DNA from: a virus
Taxonomy: Duplodnaviria; Caudoviricetes
Direction: 5' to 3' (one strand)
Virus record (IMG/VR): IMGVR_UViG_3300035501_000578
Coordinates: 1-64,000 of that record
DNA length: 64,000 nucleotides
The translations under genes and the position numbers were made by a program. Positions 1 to 9,751 of the stretch are shown here, in pieces. The number at the start of each line of letters is the position of its first letter. Positions within the stretch are counted from its first letter, which is position 1. Under the pieces are notes generated by a model. The model saw nothing but the letters and a program-made list of their open reading frames with translations, was not told the DNA's origin and searched no databases.

Positions 1-569
1 CAATAGAATAAATCAATCATTGCTATATCTCTATCAGTAGTGCAGTTCATTCGTAAGGTTTCTAATTCTTCATCAGTAATTATCTTCTTAACTTTCTTTT
101 CTGCTTTAATTTTATTTAATCTTGCAGCCGGATTATCCTTTAAATATCCTTCTTGATGTAACCATGTAAACATACTAGATATTATTCTTCTCATTCCATC
201 TAAAGTATTATTACAAACATTCCTTGTTCTTTGATAATTAGCCAAATAACACCTTAAATCATTCGTTGTTATATCAGTTATATTCTTACCAATTTCGTTA
301 ATAACAGGAGATAATATTTCTTCATAACGAGTAACAGTCTTATCACTTTTACCTTCTATACGTTTAGTATTTAGAAACATCTGCAAAAGTTTTACATTCA
401 TATTGTCATATAAAACAATGTCTGTTGATTTTTTATCTATATTAAAATCATTCAGATTCATATATAGAATATTTTTCAAATTAACAAGTTGCTCATTGGA
501 CAATACGTTTGTCATGCCATTAATTACATTAACCACCAATTCATTAATACATCGTTCATTTTCACCCAT
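1..569 (-). CDS. Tyrosine recombinase (XerC/D-like), probable tail-fibre invertase; 3' end runs off the window
   Basis: Not in the ORF track. Hand translation from ATG 569 (RBS GGAGG): MGENERCINE...FLNTKRIEGKSDKTVTRY...DLRCYLANY...RRIISSMFTWLHQEGYLKDNPAARL...RDIAMIDLFY, i.e. integrase SAM-like domain and start of the catalytic domain. Confidence 0.85.
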   Translation of the reverse strand, partial: MGENERCINELVVNVINGMTNVLSNEQLVNLKNILYMNLNDFNIDKKSTDIVLYDNMNVKLLQMFLNTKRIEGKSDKTVTRYEEILSPVINEIGKNITDITTNDLRCYLANYQRTRNVCNNTLDGMRRIISSMFTWLHQEGYLKDNPAARLNKIKAEKKVKKIITDEELETLRMNCTTDRDIAMIDLFY

Positions 570-690
570 AATAACCCTCCATTGTAATTAACTTTACAAT
601 ATGTTATTATGATATTGCAAAGTTTTTTATTTTGTATTGAAGGAGCGAGGAAACTTTCCACGGTATCTCACTCCTTCTTTTTATGAGTTA

Positions 691-719
691 ATTATAAGAA
701 CAAATGTTCGATATGTCAA
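691..719 (-). promoter_or_regulatory. Consensus sigma-A promoter with a LexA (Cheo) box in the spacer, upstream of the recombinase
   Basis: Minus strand TTGACA-tatCGAACATTTGTTCT-TATAAT (17-nt spacer); GAAC-N4-GTTC is the Firmicutes SOS box. Confidence 0.8.
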
Positions 720-772
720 CGAGTTTTACAGTATATATTAACCATATATTTATAATTATAATTATATTACTT

Positions 773-789
773 CGTTAAACAGTAATTTA
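773..789 (+). repeat. Inversion site A (CGTTAAACAGTAATTTA)
   Basis: 16/17 inverted match to 1323-1339; both copies encode LNSNL in frame. Confidence 0.8.
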
Positions 790-1014
790 TTAAAAATAGA
801 AAAATTAAAAGTGTCTGCTGATGTAACTGCTAATACATCTAAAGATATTACTTTAAGTTGGACAAATACACCTAAAGCTGTTTTTGTGTATACAGTTGTT
901 GGTAGTGGTCTTACTGTTAATATTAATTTTTGTGAACTTATTTATTCTAATACCTTACGAGTTAGAAGTTCAACTGCACAAACTGTTACTGTAACAGTTT
1001 GTAGTATATATTAA
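775..1014 (+). CDS. Silent alternative C-terminal cassette of the tail fibre (LNSNL + 74 aa)
   Basis: Frame is open from the inversion site (LNSNLLKIEKLKVSADVTAN...); no RBS; convergent with the fibre gene. Confidence 0.75.
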   Translation, partial: LNSNLLKIEKLKVSADVTANTSKDITLSWTNTPKAVFVYTVVGSGLTVNINFCELIYSNTLRVRSSTAQTVTVTVCSIY

Positions 1015-1046
1015 AATAAATCTAATAGATTGTTTATATAGGATTG

Positions 1047-2774
1047 CTATTTAAATTTTATTACCCAGTATCGTACAATCGCAGTATGGCTAGCACCATT
1101 TGTATTGAAAACTTCAAAAGTTACTTGCATGTTGTCTATGTCTAATGCAAAGGATGAAATCGTATAACCCCATGAGCAAGCATAAGGTATAACCATAACT
1201 TTATTTTTTGTAACAGCACCTGAACCAAGTGACCCAGTTGACGATACAGAACTTCCTACACCACTTGGCATAGAAACGCCTGTAGAATTATATGTAGCCC
1301 ATGAATCTATTTGACATTTTCCTAAATTACTGTTTAGCGTATCAAGGGTACTTTTATCTGTGGAAGACATTAATCCATTTGCACTTGTTGTTGCAGTAGA
1401 ATAAGTTGTATTAGTGTCTTTATAATATGGGACACCACTTATAATAGGGCAGGCAGTATAACCTGAATTACTTGTTACTGTTGAAGTTGTTTTAACAGCA
1501 CCAAGAGTAGAAGAAGCTGTTGGTAATCTATCTGACGAAAGAGTACCTGATGATATATTGGAAGCATTAAGAGAGGTAATACCAGAGCCATTACCAGTAA
1601 TATAGTCAGCGTCAATATTATAACTTACTATATTATCGGGGAAAATGGTAGTTGTATATGTTGTTCCTGCTATTGTAATACCTTTTTCTGCTAATATAAG
1701 ACCTTCTCCAATTCTCAAATCTCCAGTTAACGTTCCACCACTTAAAGGTAACTTAGTACTATCTCTAGCCGAACCATTAGCAAGCAAATAACCCTGATAA
1801 GCCGATAAACTATCAGTAGTGGAAGTAGAAGTAAGATTATTTTGTATACCTCTCCAAGTGTTTGTATCAGTAGCACTAAATGTAACTACGCCATTTGTAG
1901 CACTAATAGACATATTGGAACCCGCTTTTAACTGAATGCTATTTCTATTAGTAGAATCATCTACACACAGTAAATATGGATTACTTGTTGCAGATGTAGC
2001 ATTTGCAGTTCCACCAGAAGCTCCTACATATAAGTGTGATGTATAGTGGGTATTTGTATCTGTATAACAACTACTCGGTATAGTACCACTCAGCTTTGTA
2101 GCATCAAGAGTAGATTCTTTTGTTAAAGCATTATCAAGGATAAACATATTTTCACCATAATCAGTTACAATACCTTGTCCATTTACCGTAATATAAGGAA
2201 TTGGAATTTCAATATCTATCCTTGATCCAGTAATTGATAAGCCTTTAGTGTGACCGGCTGTACCTGCTGTGATTGAAGCCTTATCTGCCTTACCTGAAAT
2301 ATCTTGATGAGAAGTCAGATATTGACTATGAGTGTGAGATGAAGCCGCTGCACCAACTTCACTATAAGTAGGCTTATTTGCTTCTGTATAGACACGATAC
2401 CAACTACCCCATGTACCACCATAATAGTTTCTCATATACACTTTAGGGTTTGAAGTCGCGTATTCAGTAACCTGCTGATATATTCCAGCATGTTTTCCTA
2501 CTATCATAAAAAATGCATATGCAATAGGTGAATTAGTAAATGTTTTTACATCAGCACTATAAGCGCAATAATAAAAACCAGGACTAGTATAATTGTTTAA
2601 ATCAGCATTTGCTGGTATAACATTAGCATTAATATAATTGGTATAGTTTGCCGTTCCTCCATTAGCCGGTAAAGATGATGGAAAATCTGAAATCTGAGAT
2701 TTTGTATGAGTGTGACTCTCAGGAGTTAGAGAATAAGTAGCATCACCAACTTTTATATTTGAAATAGAAGCCAT
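1047..2774 (-). CDS. Tail fibre / receptor-binding protein with pyocin-knob-like domain and switchable C-terminus
   Basis: HTHxKSQISDFP and ADLNNYTSPGFYY...WGSW fibre motifs, LPLSGGTLTG repeat, Ser/Thr/Gly-rich, LNSNL crossover near the C-terminus. Confidence 0.8.
   Translation of the reverse strand: MASISNIKVGDATYSLTPESHTHTKSQISDFPSSLPANGGTANYTNYINANVIPANADLNNYTSPGFYYCAYSADVKTFTNSPIAYAFFMIVGKHAGIYQQVTEYATSNPKVYMRNYYGGTWGSWYRVYTEANKPTYSEVGAAASSHTHSQYLTSHQDISGKADKASITAGTAGHTKGLSITGSRIDIEIPIPYITVNGQGIVTDYGENMFILDNALTKESTLDATKLSGTIPSSCYTDTNTHYTSHLYVGASGGTANATSATSNPYLLCVDDSTNRNSIQLKAGSNMSISATNGVVTFSATDTNTWRGIQNNLTSTSTTDSLSAYQGYLLANGSARDSTKLPLSGGTLTGDLRIGEGLILAEKGITIAGTTYTTTIFPDNIVSYNIDADYITGNGSGITSLNASNISSGTLSSDRLPTASSTLGAVKTTSTVTSNSGYTACPIISGVPYYKDTNTTYSTATTSANGLMSSTDKSTLDTLNSNLGKCQIDSWATYNSTGVSMPSGVGSSVSSTGSLGSGAVTKNKVMVIPYACSWGYTISSFALDIDNMQVTFEVFNTNGASHTAIVRYWVIKFK
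1323..1339 (-). repeat. Inversion site B inside the tail fibre gene (CGCTAAACAGTAATTTA)
   Basis: Inverted partner of 773-789. Confidence 0.8.
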
Positions 2775-2836
2775 TTTATTTTTTACCTCCTTTAAAAATT
2801 TTTATATTTTAAATAAAAAAGAGGATAGTATAAATA

Positions 2837-3319
2837 CTATGCCTCTATAATTTCTTCTTTATCTATGACATTTTCTTTGTCTTCATTTTCTGAATCTGTG
2901 ATAAATACACTTAATAATTCCATATCCTTATAATCAAGTTCAATATCATCACCAAAGTCTTCAATGTTAAATATAAATAATGATACATTATTTTCTGTAA
3001 AGAGCAATTCTTCTTTATTCTTACTATATTCTGCTAAATATTCATCTTTTACACGTCTAATAGTTTGCTTGTCACCGTTCTCGTCCTCTGTTTCAAAATC
3101 ATAAGAATATTTATCATCAATATATCTTTCTTGAAGTTCTTTATCAAATTGATTGTATTGTTCCTGTATTCCTTCAAACACCTTAATATTTTTACGAAAA
3201 TCCCATGATAACTTAATTGGCAACTTTGCGCTGAGAACAGGATTATTTTCCTGTGATAACCAGCCTAATATATTTAAAACTTCAATAGTATATAATTTCT
3301 TTTCAACTAATTTTGACAT
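2837..3319 (-). CDS. Hypothetical acidic phage protein (possible fibre chaperone)
   Basis: 160-aa ORF with AGGAG RBS, in operon order. Confidence 0.55.
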   Translation of the reverse strand: MSKLVEKKLYTIEVLNILGWLSQENNPVLSAKLPIKLSWDFRKNIKVFEGIQEQYNQFDKELQERYIDDKYSYDFETEDENGDKQTIRRVKDEYLAEYSKNKEELLFTENNVSLFIFNIEDFGDDIELDYKDMELLSVFITDSENEDKENVIDKEEIIEA

Positions 3320-3334
3320 AATAATTTTCTCCTT

Positions 3335-4483
3335 TTACTCGTTTACAATATTCATAATTGTTTCATAATTCTGTGTAATCCTAATATCAGTAGGACACAA
3401 CTCATGTGATTTCTGCACATTTTCTTTTGCTTTTTCAATGTCACCTAAGTTATAATAAGCAACACTTAATATATCATAAGGTTTTTCTCTCCATGAAGAT
3501 TCTTGTTCAGACCAATGACCAATACGTTCAGGAATATTATGCAGGCATTCCTTTACATATCCAATGGCTAAGTTGTAAAATCCCATTTCGTTGTATAACT
3601 CTGCAATCTTTAAATATGGTTCTCTATATAAGCGTTCACGACAGATAGCACGAGAGTAGTAATCTATTGCTTTTTGTTTATCTCCCTCACGTAAATACCA
3701 TGAAGCAACATTCTCATAGCTTGTCATCCACATACCAAATATGTCTTTTTTGTCTGGATTAGATTCAAAGATTTCGATTGCTTTGAGATAGCAGTTTAAT
3801 TCGTCTACTGGATAATTATGATCGCCATATTCCCTTGCTAGATAAAACCAACCATAAGCGTCTTGCGGATTATCTTGTATTCTAACTTTTAACAAGTCGA
3901 GATAAGATGCTCTAGGTTTGGTTAAGTCTTGCCAATGATGAAGGGTAACATCTTTAAGTTCAATTGAATGTTCACGTTCATAGGAACAATCTTCATTTAT
4001 ATCATCTTTACGCATAAGGTATTCATGTACTGCACATTTCCAATAATAAGCATTATTAGCATGGATTTTATCATAACAGAATGTGTAGGCTGGTGAGCCA
4101 TCTGGATTGTGTGACCATACGTAATTGTATAGGCAACGTGAAGTATCAGGTTTCCATGCGGAACGTAGTTTATCTGCCCAGCCTTGTTCAAATACTTCGT
4201 CTAGGTCTGTACAGACTAAGATGTTTGCGTCGGTTACTAATTTCAGTGATTCATTACGTGCTGTGTCAAAACGCCAAGGCTTAATTTCTTTTTGTTTGAT
4301 ACGAGTAACACGATGATCATTAAGTAGTGCTTCATATGTACCATCAGTAGAACCTGTGTCAAGAACTACAATGTCATCGGCTTCGGACATGGAAGAGAGC
4401 CATTTGTCTACATTTTTAATTTCGTTCTTGCAGATTGCGTAGACACAGATTTTGTTTTGGGTATTATTTTGTTTGTTTTTCAT
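3335..4483 (-). CDS. Family 2 glycosyltransferase with C-terminal TPR repeats
   Basis: ICVYAICKNE...VVLDTGSTDGT...FDTARN...DLDE (DxD-type)...VHE, followed by TPR-like helices. Confidence 0.9.
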   Translation of the reverse strand: MKNKQNNTQNKICVYAICKNEIKNVDKWLSSMSEADDIVVLDTGSTDGTYEALLNDHRVTRIKQKEIKPWRFDTARNESLKLVTDANILVCTDLDEVFEQGWADKLRSAWKPDTSRCLYNYVWSHNPDGSPAYTFCYDKIHANNAYYWKCAVHEYLMRKDDINEDCSYEREHSIELKDVTLHHWQDLTKPRASYLDLLKVRIQDNPQDAYGWFYLAREYGDHNYPVDELNCYLKAIEIFESNPDKKDIFGMWMTSYENVASWYLREGDKQKAIDYYSRAICRERLYREPYLKIAELYNEMGFYNLAIGYVKECLHNIPERIGHWSEQESSWREKPYDILSVAYYNLGDIEKAKENVQKSHELCPTDIRITQNYETIMNIVNE

Positions 4484-4569
4484 AACTTTGTTTTCCTTTT
4501 ATTCCACTAGGGTAGGAGAGTAGGGGGTGCTACTCTCCATTGTTGTACTAATTGATACTATTTGGATTA

Positions 4570-5754
4570 TTATGATTTAACGCCTGAAACTGTTGTTACT
4601 GCATTTCCTGAAGTTGGTGTGATATCTTTTAGAACGGTTGCTGTTCCTGAAGCAGAAACGGTCTTTGCGAAAGTATCACTTGTTGTTGTAATGCCTGTCA
4701 AAACTGTCTGGGTGCTTCCGGCAGATGCACTTGTAAGTGCGGAAGAAGAAGAAGTTGTCAGACCAACTACAGCAGAACCCGTGGTAGTCGAAACCCCTGT
4801 AGCAAAAGTTTTACTAGACGATGTAAGACCTGTAATCGCTGCCACAGTACCGGAAACACTAACACCCGTGGCAAAAGTTCCAGAATTTGAAGAAATTCCT
4901 GTGATTACAGATGCAGTAGAAGATGCGCTTGTGGTTTTTGTAAAGGTTGCAGATGTCGTTGTCACGCCCGTAACTCCACTGGCTGTTGACGAGCTGATAG
5001 AAGTTACAGCTTGACCGAGAATCAATGTTGTACCACTGACTGAAGCAACATTTTGTGATGTCGGGGTTACTGCGGTTACAAAACTTTTTGTCCCAGAGGC
5101 AGATGCTGATACGAGAGCCGAGCCAGTAGTTGCCGTCAAACCTGTGATTGCAGCAGCGGTTCCCGCCGGTGAAACTGAAGTAACAGCAGAAGATGTAGAA
5201 GCTTTTACTGCTGTAGCAACTGTAGCAGAAGATGCAGCAGAAACACTCGACAAACCTGATGCTGTAGCAGCGGTAACAGTCTTAATAAAATTATCAGAAC
5301 CACTAGAAGCAACAGATGTCAAAAAAGTTCCTGCGGACGTTGTGAGACTTTTTATTACAGATGCCGTTGAAGACGCACTTGCAGAAGTCAATCCTGAACC
5401 TGTAGTCGCCGTCAGCCCCGTGATTGCGGAAGTAGTCGTTTTACCGATGCTCGTTACAAAACTTCCCTGACTATAAGTTATGCCGACAAGATGCATACCT
5501 TCATCACCAAGTTCTACCCATTGTGCGGCAGTAGAAGTCACGGATGTGCAAACAAATTCTTTAGTATTATAAAGAATCATATCACCAACTTCAGCTGTAT
5601 GACTTTCACCAGTTGTATCTGTATCGCTTGTCTTTAATTTAACAGAAAGTTGTGTTGTAGGTTTTTCTAGTGCAACACCAGCAAACTTCAAACCGCTTGC
5701 TACGCCGATGTCATAAGTAGTACCTGCAATTTGAATTTGAGTAATATAAGCCAT
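4570..5754 (-). CDS. Ser/Thr/Ala/Gly-rich repetitive fibre-like protein
   Basis: N-terminus MAYITQIQIAGTTYDI resembles the fibre N-terminus MASISNIKVGDATYSL; imperfect repeats such as AITGLTATTGSxLxSASAS. Confidence 0.65.
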   Translation of the reverse strand: MAYITQIQIAGTTYDIGVASGLKFAGVALEKPTTQLSVKLKTSDTDTTGESHTAEVGDMILYNTKEFVCTSVTSTAAQWVELGDEGMHLVGITYSQGSFVTSIGKTTTSAITGLTATTGSGLTSASASSTASVIKSLTTSAGTFLTSVASSGSDNFIKTVTAATASGLSSVSAASSATVATAVKASTSSAVTSVSPAGTAAAITGLTATTGSALVSASASGTKSFVTAVTPTSQNVASVSGTTLILGQAVTSISSSTASGVTGVTTTSATFTKTTSASSTASVITGISSNSGTFATGVSVSGTVAAITGLTSSSKTFATGVSTTTGSAVVGLTTSSSSALTSASAGSTQTVLTGITTTSDTFAKTVSASGTATVLKDITPTSGNAVTTVSGVKS

Positions 5755-5810
5755 AAAATTTTGTCTCCTTTAATTGTTATAATTATTTTTTATTGCAATA
5801 AAAAAGAGTC

Positions 5811-6992
5811 CTAATTATAGGACTCAAAAATATCTGAAATATCTGTTATGTTATTAGATTCATCTGGAATATCAGTTTTCTTTATTGTACGAAGTTCTCC
5901 ATAGTCATAATGAATTATGCCATCTTGTGCATTCTGATATGTAGAATTATCAATGTTAAATTCTATCCATGAGTGAGTGGTAGAGTTAAAGTAATTTATC
6001 GCTTTATCTAACATCTGTAGTAAAATTTCGTCTGACGGGAGTTTGTCCTTAGAAGAAATAATTGTCATTCGTTTAAATCCTTTTCTTTTTATTATGTTAG
6101 AACGGATTATTTCTTTTTGATCAAATTCGGATTGAGACATCCTATCAAGTTTAACTATTAAATCATGACCACTACCATTATATTCTACATCAATATTATA
6201 TTCTGGTAAATAAATATCTAACGCATAGTATTCATATGGATAATTCAATTTTCCACCATATAAATTGTGTAAATATTTTTGCTGAGAAGAACATGCCATA
6301 TTTTTATTATCACACAAAGACTTTACTATTTTCTTCTTAACTTCTTCATTACAAGAAGCTCCATTACCTCCATATCTCTCATTCATGGTGTTAATAAGCT
6401 TATTTTTTACTTCTTCTGATTGAGCAGGTGCTTTGGTTCCATACCGTTGCAAATTCGTTTTTTCAGCTTTGTCTTTAATTTCTTTTACTTGCATTGGATT
6501 TTCTTCACCATATTTCTCTACCATACTTTTCCTAATCTTATCTTTTACATATTCAGACTGAAATGGATTAGTTACGCCATATTTTTCTAAACAGGTGTTA
6601 ATTATTTTCTGTTGAACAATAGCATTTTTTGATGGAACTTCCGCACCGTATTTCGCTAAATTAGTTTTCTTTATTTCCTCTCTTATTGAAGGCAATTGTA
6701 AAGTGCTTTTTACTCCATACTTTTCCATACAAAGTTCTTGCTTTTTCATGTTTAGACAATCTGGACAAGCACATTTATCACCTCTTAATTTGTTATAACC
6801 TTTATAAGTTATACTGATTACATTCTTTTTGCAATAATCACACAATACATCAACTTTTGCTTTACTTCCAGGTGATAAATCTTCAATTTTCACCATAATT
6901 TTATCATGATGTCCACCTTCATATCCTAAATCGTTATAATACTTAATCATTTTTCCAGTTAAAGTTATTTCAACTTCCTTCGTCAATAACAT
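5811..6992 (-). CDS. Free-standing homing-type endonuclease (Zn-ribbon, KYG repeats, C-terminal Vsr/DUF559-like PD-(D/E)xK domain)
   Basis: CDYC/CPDC, repeated TNLxKYG units, LDIY...IDVEYNGSGH; start taken as MLLTKEV. Confidence 0.7.
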   Translation of the reverse strand: MLLTKEVEITLTGKMIKYYNDLGYEGGHHDKIMVKIEDLSPGSKAKVDVLCDYCKKNVISITYKGYNKLRGDKCACPDCLNMKKQELCMEKYGVKSTLQLPSIREEIKKTNLAKYGAEVPSKNAIVQQKIINTCLEKYGVTNPFQSEYVKDKIRKSMVEKYGEENPMQVKEIKDKAEKTNLQRYGTKAPAQSEEVKNKLINTMNERYGGNGASCNEEVKKKIVKSLCDNKNMACSSQQKYLHNLYGGKLNYPYEYYALDIYLPEYNIDVEYNGSGHDLIVKLDRMSQSEFDQKEIIRSNIIKRKGFKRMTIISSKDKLPSDEILLQMLDKAINYFNSTTHSWIEFNIDNSTYQNAQDGIIHYDYGELRTIKKTDIPDESNNITDISDIFESYN

Positions 6993-6996
6993 AACA

Positions 6997-7179
6997 TCAT
7001 TTCTCCTTTGCATTTTTATAATCAATCATTGCTTGGATTAGCTCATCAGTCGATTCAAAAACATAAACGTCTTTGTCAGGAATATTTAAATTATGATTTA
7101 TCCGCAGAATACGATTTCCACGCATCATGCAGTAACCAGCCAATCTAAGCGAAAATATATATTTGTATTTTTTATTCAT
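6997..7179 (-). CDS. Small DUF5659-like protein
   Basis: IFSLRLAGYCMMRG...KDVYVFE pattern. Confidence 0.55.
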   Translation of the reverse strand: MNKKYKYIFSLRLAGYCMMRGNRILRINHNLNIPDKDVYVFESTDELIQAMIDYKNAKEK

Positions 7180-7244
7180 TCCTTTTTCTCCATTAAAAAA
7201 AGGAGCAGTATTTCACTACTCCTAATTTTCAAATCTATTTATAT

Positions 7245-7898
7245 CTAATCATTTAACGGAACAAGAACTTCAATCTCTTCAACATTACTTGGAGTCCAAA
7301 CAACAGCATTCCCAACAACCTCTAACTTAGGCATGGTAACAGTTTTCTTTTCAGCAACTCTTTCCGCTAAAATTTTTATATTCTTTTCACTCAGTACAAT
7401 ATTCTGTGTCGCAAGTTCAGATATATTTACATATCCATCTTCACCAGCATATCTAATTTCGCCATTAGACAACGAAATGTAAAAATTGTTATACATTGAA
7501 GAATCTATTACACTAGGAAAATCACCCTGTATAACCTTTACATTTGAGACTAATTCATCACCATGATAAAGTTGTCCATTATCAAGGAAGTATAAAGTGT
7601 TTTCATATTTCTCTGATAATTTTGAATAGTTAGAATAGGTGGTCGAAATAAAATGCCAACTGCTTTCACCAGAATTGAGAGGAGAATATTCTTTATTTTC
7701 ATTTGACCAACGGTATAATTCATTAGTTGATATAGCCACATACAAGACTTTTTCATTTCCCACTTCGGGAAAATCAGATATAGAATCTTTTTGAACTATA
7801 GCTTCGTAGTTACTATAACTTTCTTGAATCTGCTGTTGGATCTTTTTTTGTAACTCGCTATTATAGAGAGTTAAATTTTCTAAATTGATTAAATGCAT
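7245..7898 (-). CDS. Putative virion/tail accessory protein
   Basis: FPEVGNEKVLYV motif typical of fibre/baseplate proteins; RBS GGAGG. Confidence 0.5.
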   Translation of the reverse strand: MHLINLENLTLYNSELQKKIQQQIQESYSNYEAIVQKDSISDFPEVGNEKVLYVAISTNELYRWSNENKEYSPLNSGESSWHFISTTYSNYSKLSEKYENTLYFLDNGQLYHGDELVSNVKVIQGDFPSVIDSSMYNNFYISLSNGEIRYAGEDGYVNISELATQNIVLSEKNIKILAERVAEKKTVTMPKLEVVGNAVVWTPSNVEEIEVLVPLND

Positions 7899-7979
7899 TT
7901 AAACCTCCCTATTTTTTGACATATATTTAAAGAGGTGACTTTAAGCCACCCCTAAAAATATATAATGTTTAATTATAGA

Positions 7980-8858
7980 TTACGCTTCTGTAGAGAAGAG
8001 TCCCTTGATTTCGTCTTCAGTGCAAGCAGTAAGACTTTCTGAAAGCTGGTCTAAGTTCTGCTGAACTGCACTTGCAGCACCATATTTATCATATGTATTA
8101 GCAGCAATACTAGCAGAAACAGCAGTAAGCTTACCATCAACCTCTGTTACAGAAACAGCAATTCCATCATCTCCAGCTTCCTGAGAAACAGAAGCATCCA
8201 AGCCAGCAACTACTTCATCAGTATAACCTTTAGCATTTGTCTCTGCTGTACTAGCAGAAGCAGTAGCGGCATCACTTGCATCCTTAATTTTTCCATCCAC
8301 TTCTGACTTAGTATATACTGTAGATAAGTCAGTTGATGTTGAACCGATGCAAACAACTTCTTCGCCAACCTTTAAGTATTCCTTATACTTATCTTCACCC
8401 TCTGCATTTTCGTCCTTGATTAAATACAGAACATTTTCTTTAGCTGTATCAACAGTTGGAATTTTAGTTACAATTTCCTTCTGTAAATGCTGTGCCTTAC
8501 CAATTTCCTCAGAAACCTTAGTATCTACATAAGACTTTGTTGCGAGATCAGATAACAACACACCGCCATCAACAATGTTACCATTTGTGTCAGTAATTAT
8601 TACGTTACCTTCGGTAGCATTTGTAATCTTGTGAACGAAGCTAGACAGATCCTGCTGTGGTAACTCAATTTCATAAGCAGCCTCAGCACCTTCTGCAATT
8701 GGCTCCTCGGTTCTGTAGAAACTAAGCTTATTTCCGTCTAAAACTACGGTTTTAAGACTCTTAGCATCTTCTTTCTGGATGTGTTCCTTGATAAGACCAT
8801 CATAAACACCTAAATTTTCGAGTGACACAAATTTAATTACTTTCTTTTCATCAGCCAT
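7980..8858 (-). CDS. Putative tail/fibre structural protein
   Basis: ATKSYVD, YTKSEVD, PTVDTAKENVLYL motifs; strong RBS. Confidence 0.55.
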   Translation of the reverse strand: MADEKKVIKFVSLENLGVYDGLIKEHIQKEDAKSLKTVVLDGNKLSFYRTEEPIAEGAEAAYEIELPQQDLSSFVHKITNATEGNVIITDTNGNIVDGGVLLSDLATKSYVDTKVSEEIGKAQHLQKEIVTKIPTVDTAKENVLYLIKDENAEGEDKYKEYLKVGEEVVCIGSTSTDLSTVYTKSEVDGKIKDASDAATASASTAETNAKGYTDEVVAGLDASVSQEAGDDGIAVSVTEVDGKLTAVSASIAANTYDKYGAASAVQQNLDQLSESLTACTEDEIKGLFSTEA

Positions 8859-8884
8859 GTAAATAGCCCTCCTTAAAATATTTT

Positions 8885-9739
8885 TTAATTATTCGCAAAC
8901 ATCGCAATGATGTCATTTGAATCTTCACTAACAACCTTTTCCTCAATCTTTTCATCTAATTTTTCATCTAAATAATCATCAACATAATCATCAATTAAAT
9001 TTTTAACATAAGACTGTGCTTCATCTTTAGTCATTACATCTAAAGCAGCTAACTTTGAATCAACCACATCTTCTGTTACATAATTTTGTTCCTCTAACCA
9101 TTCACTTGTTGGGACTTCTGATTTGCTTAGAATTTCGCCATCAGGAGCAACAGTATAGTCGGTTATATTTGTTGTTGAAATAATTCTGATAAGACAATTA
9201 TTATTTTCATCGTAAGAAATAAGGTATAAATTGGAATTAGAAGATTGGAAAATGGTTGGATAAGTTTCGGACAGTTTATAAGCACCATTCACCTTATAAA
9301 TGTTTTCCAACTGTCCATTTAAAATAACAGGGTTCTCAATATCACCCTGTAAATTATCAATTGGTCTTTCACCAAGTTCTGAATAATTTAAATTACTTGA
9401 ATCATAAACAGATATCGGCTTAACAATAAATTTGCCAAGACTATTCTTATTAACAATATATGCGGTATATCCATTCTTCTCAGAAAGAATAGATACAATC
9501 TGACCTTCATAAGTATCTGTCTGATTATTTAAAAACTCTTCAGCAGAATCTATACTTTCAAAGCGATAAACCCTACTTTTTATAACAACTTGTTCTAGTT
9601 CATCTGTTATAAGAATCTGTTCTTTTGTATCTTCACAGATTATAATGTCCCATTCATTGATAACACCGGAATTGATATTATCCTGAATTTTTGATTTGTT
9701 CGCATAAAAATAGCGAGTGTGATTATTTTTATTTGCCAT
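8885..9739 (-). CDS. Hypothetical tail-region protein
   Basis: 284-aa ORF with GAGG RBS in operon. Confidence 0.5.
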   Translation of the reverse strand: MANKNNHTRYFYANKSKIQDNINSGVINEWDIIICEDTKEQILITDELEQVVIKSRVYRFESIDSAEEFLNNQTDTYEGQIVSILSEKNGYTAYIVNKNSLGKFIVKPISVYDSSNLNYSELGERPIDNLQGDIENPVILNGQLENIYKVNGAYKLSETYPTIFQSSNSNLYLISYDENNNCLIRIISTTNITDYTVAPDGEILSKSEVPTSEWLEEQNYVTEDVVDSKLAALDVMTKDEAQSYVKNLIDDYVDDYLDEKLDEKIEEKVVSEDSNDIIAMFANN

Positions 9740-9751
9740 ACAATCACCTCA

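Noticed and set aside
811-1014. Stand-alone 67-aa gene
   Set aside because: No RBS; the frame begins at the inversion site, so it is better explained as a silent fibre cassette
4562-5470. Plus-strand Val/Ala/Glu-rich ORFs (4562-5014, 5144-5470) and similar short antisense ORFs across the window
   Set aside because: Shadow frames of low-complexity or biased minus-strand genes
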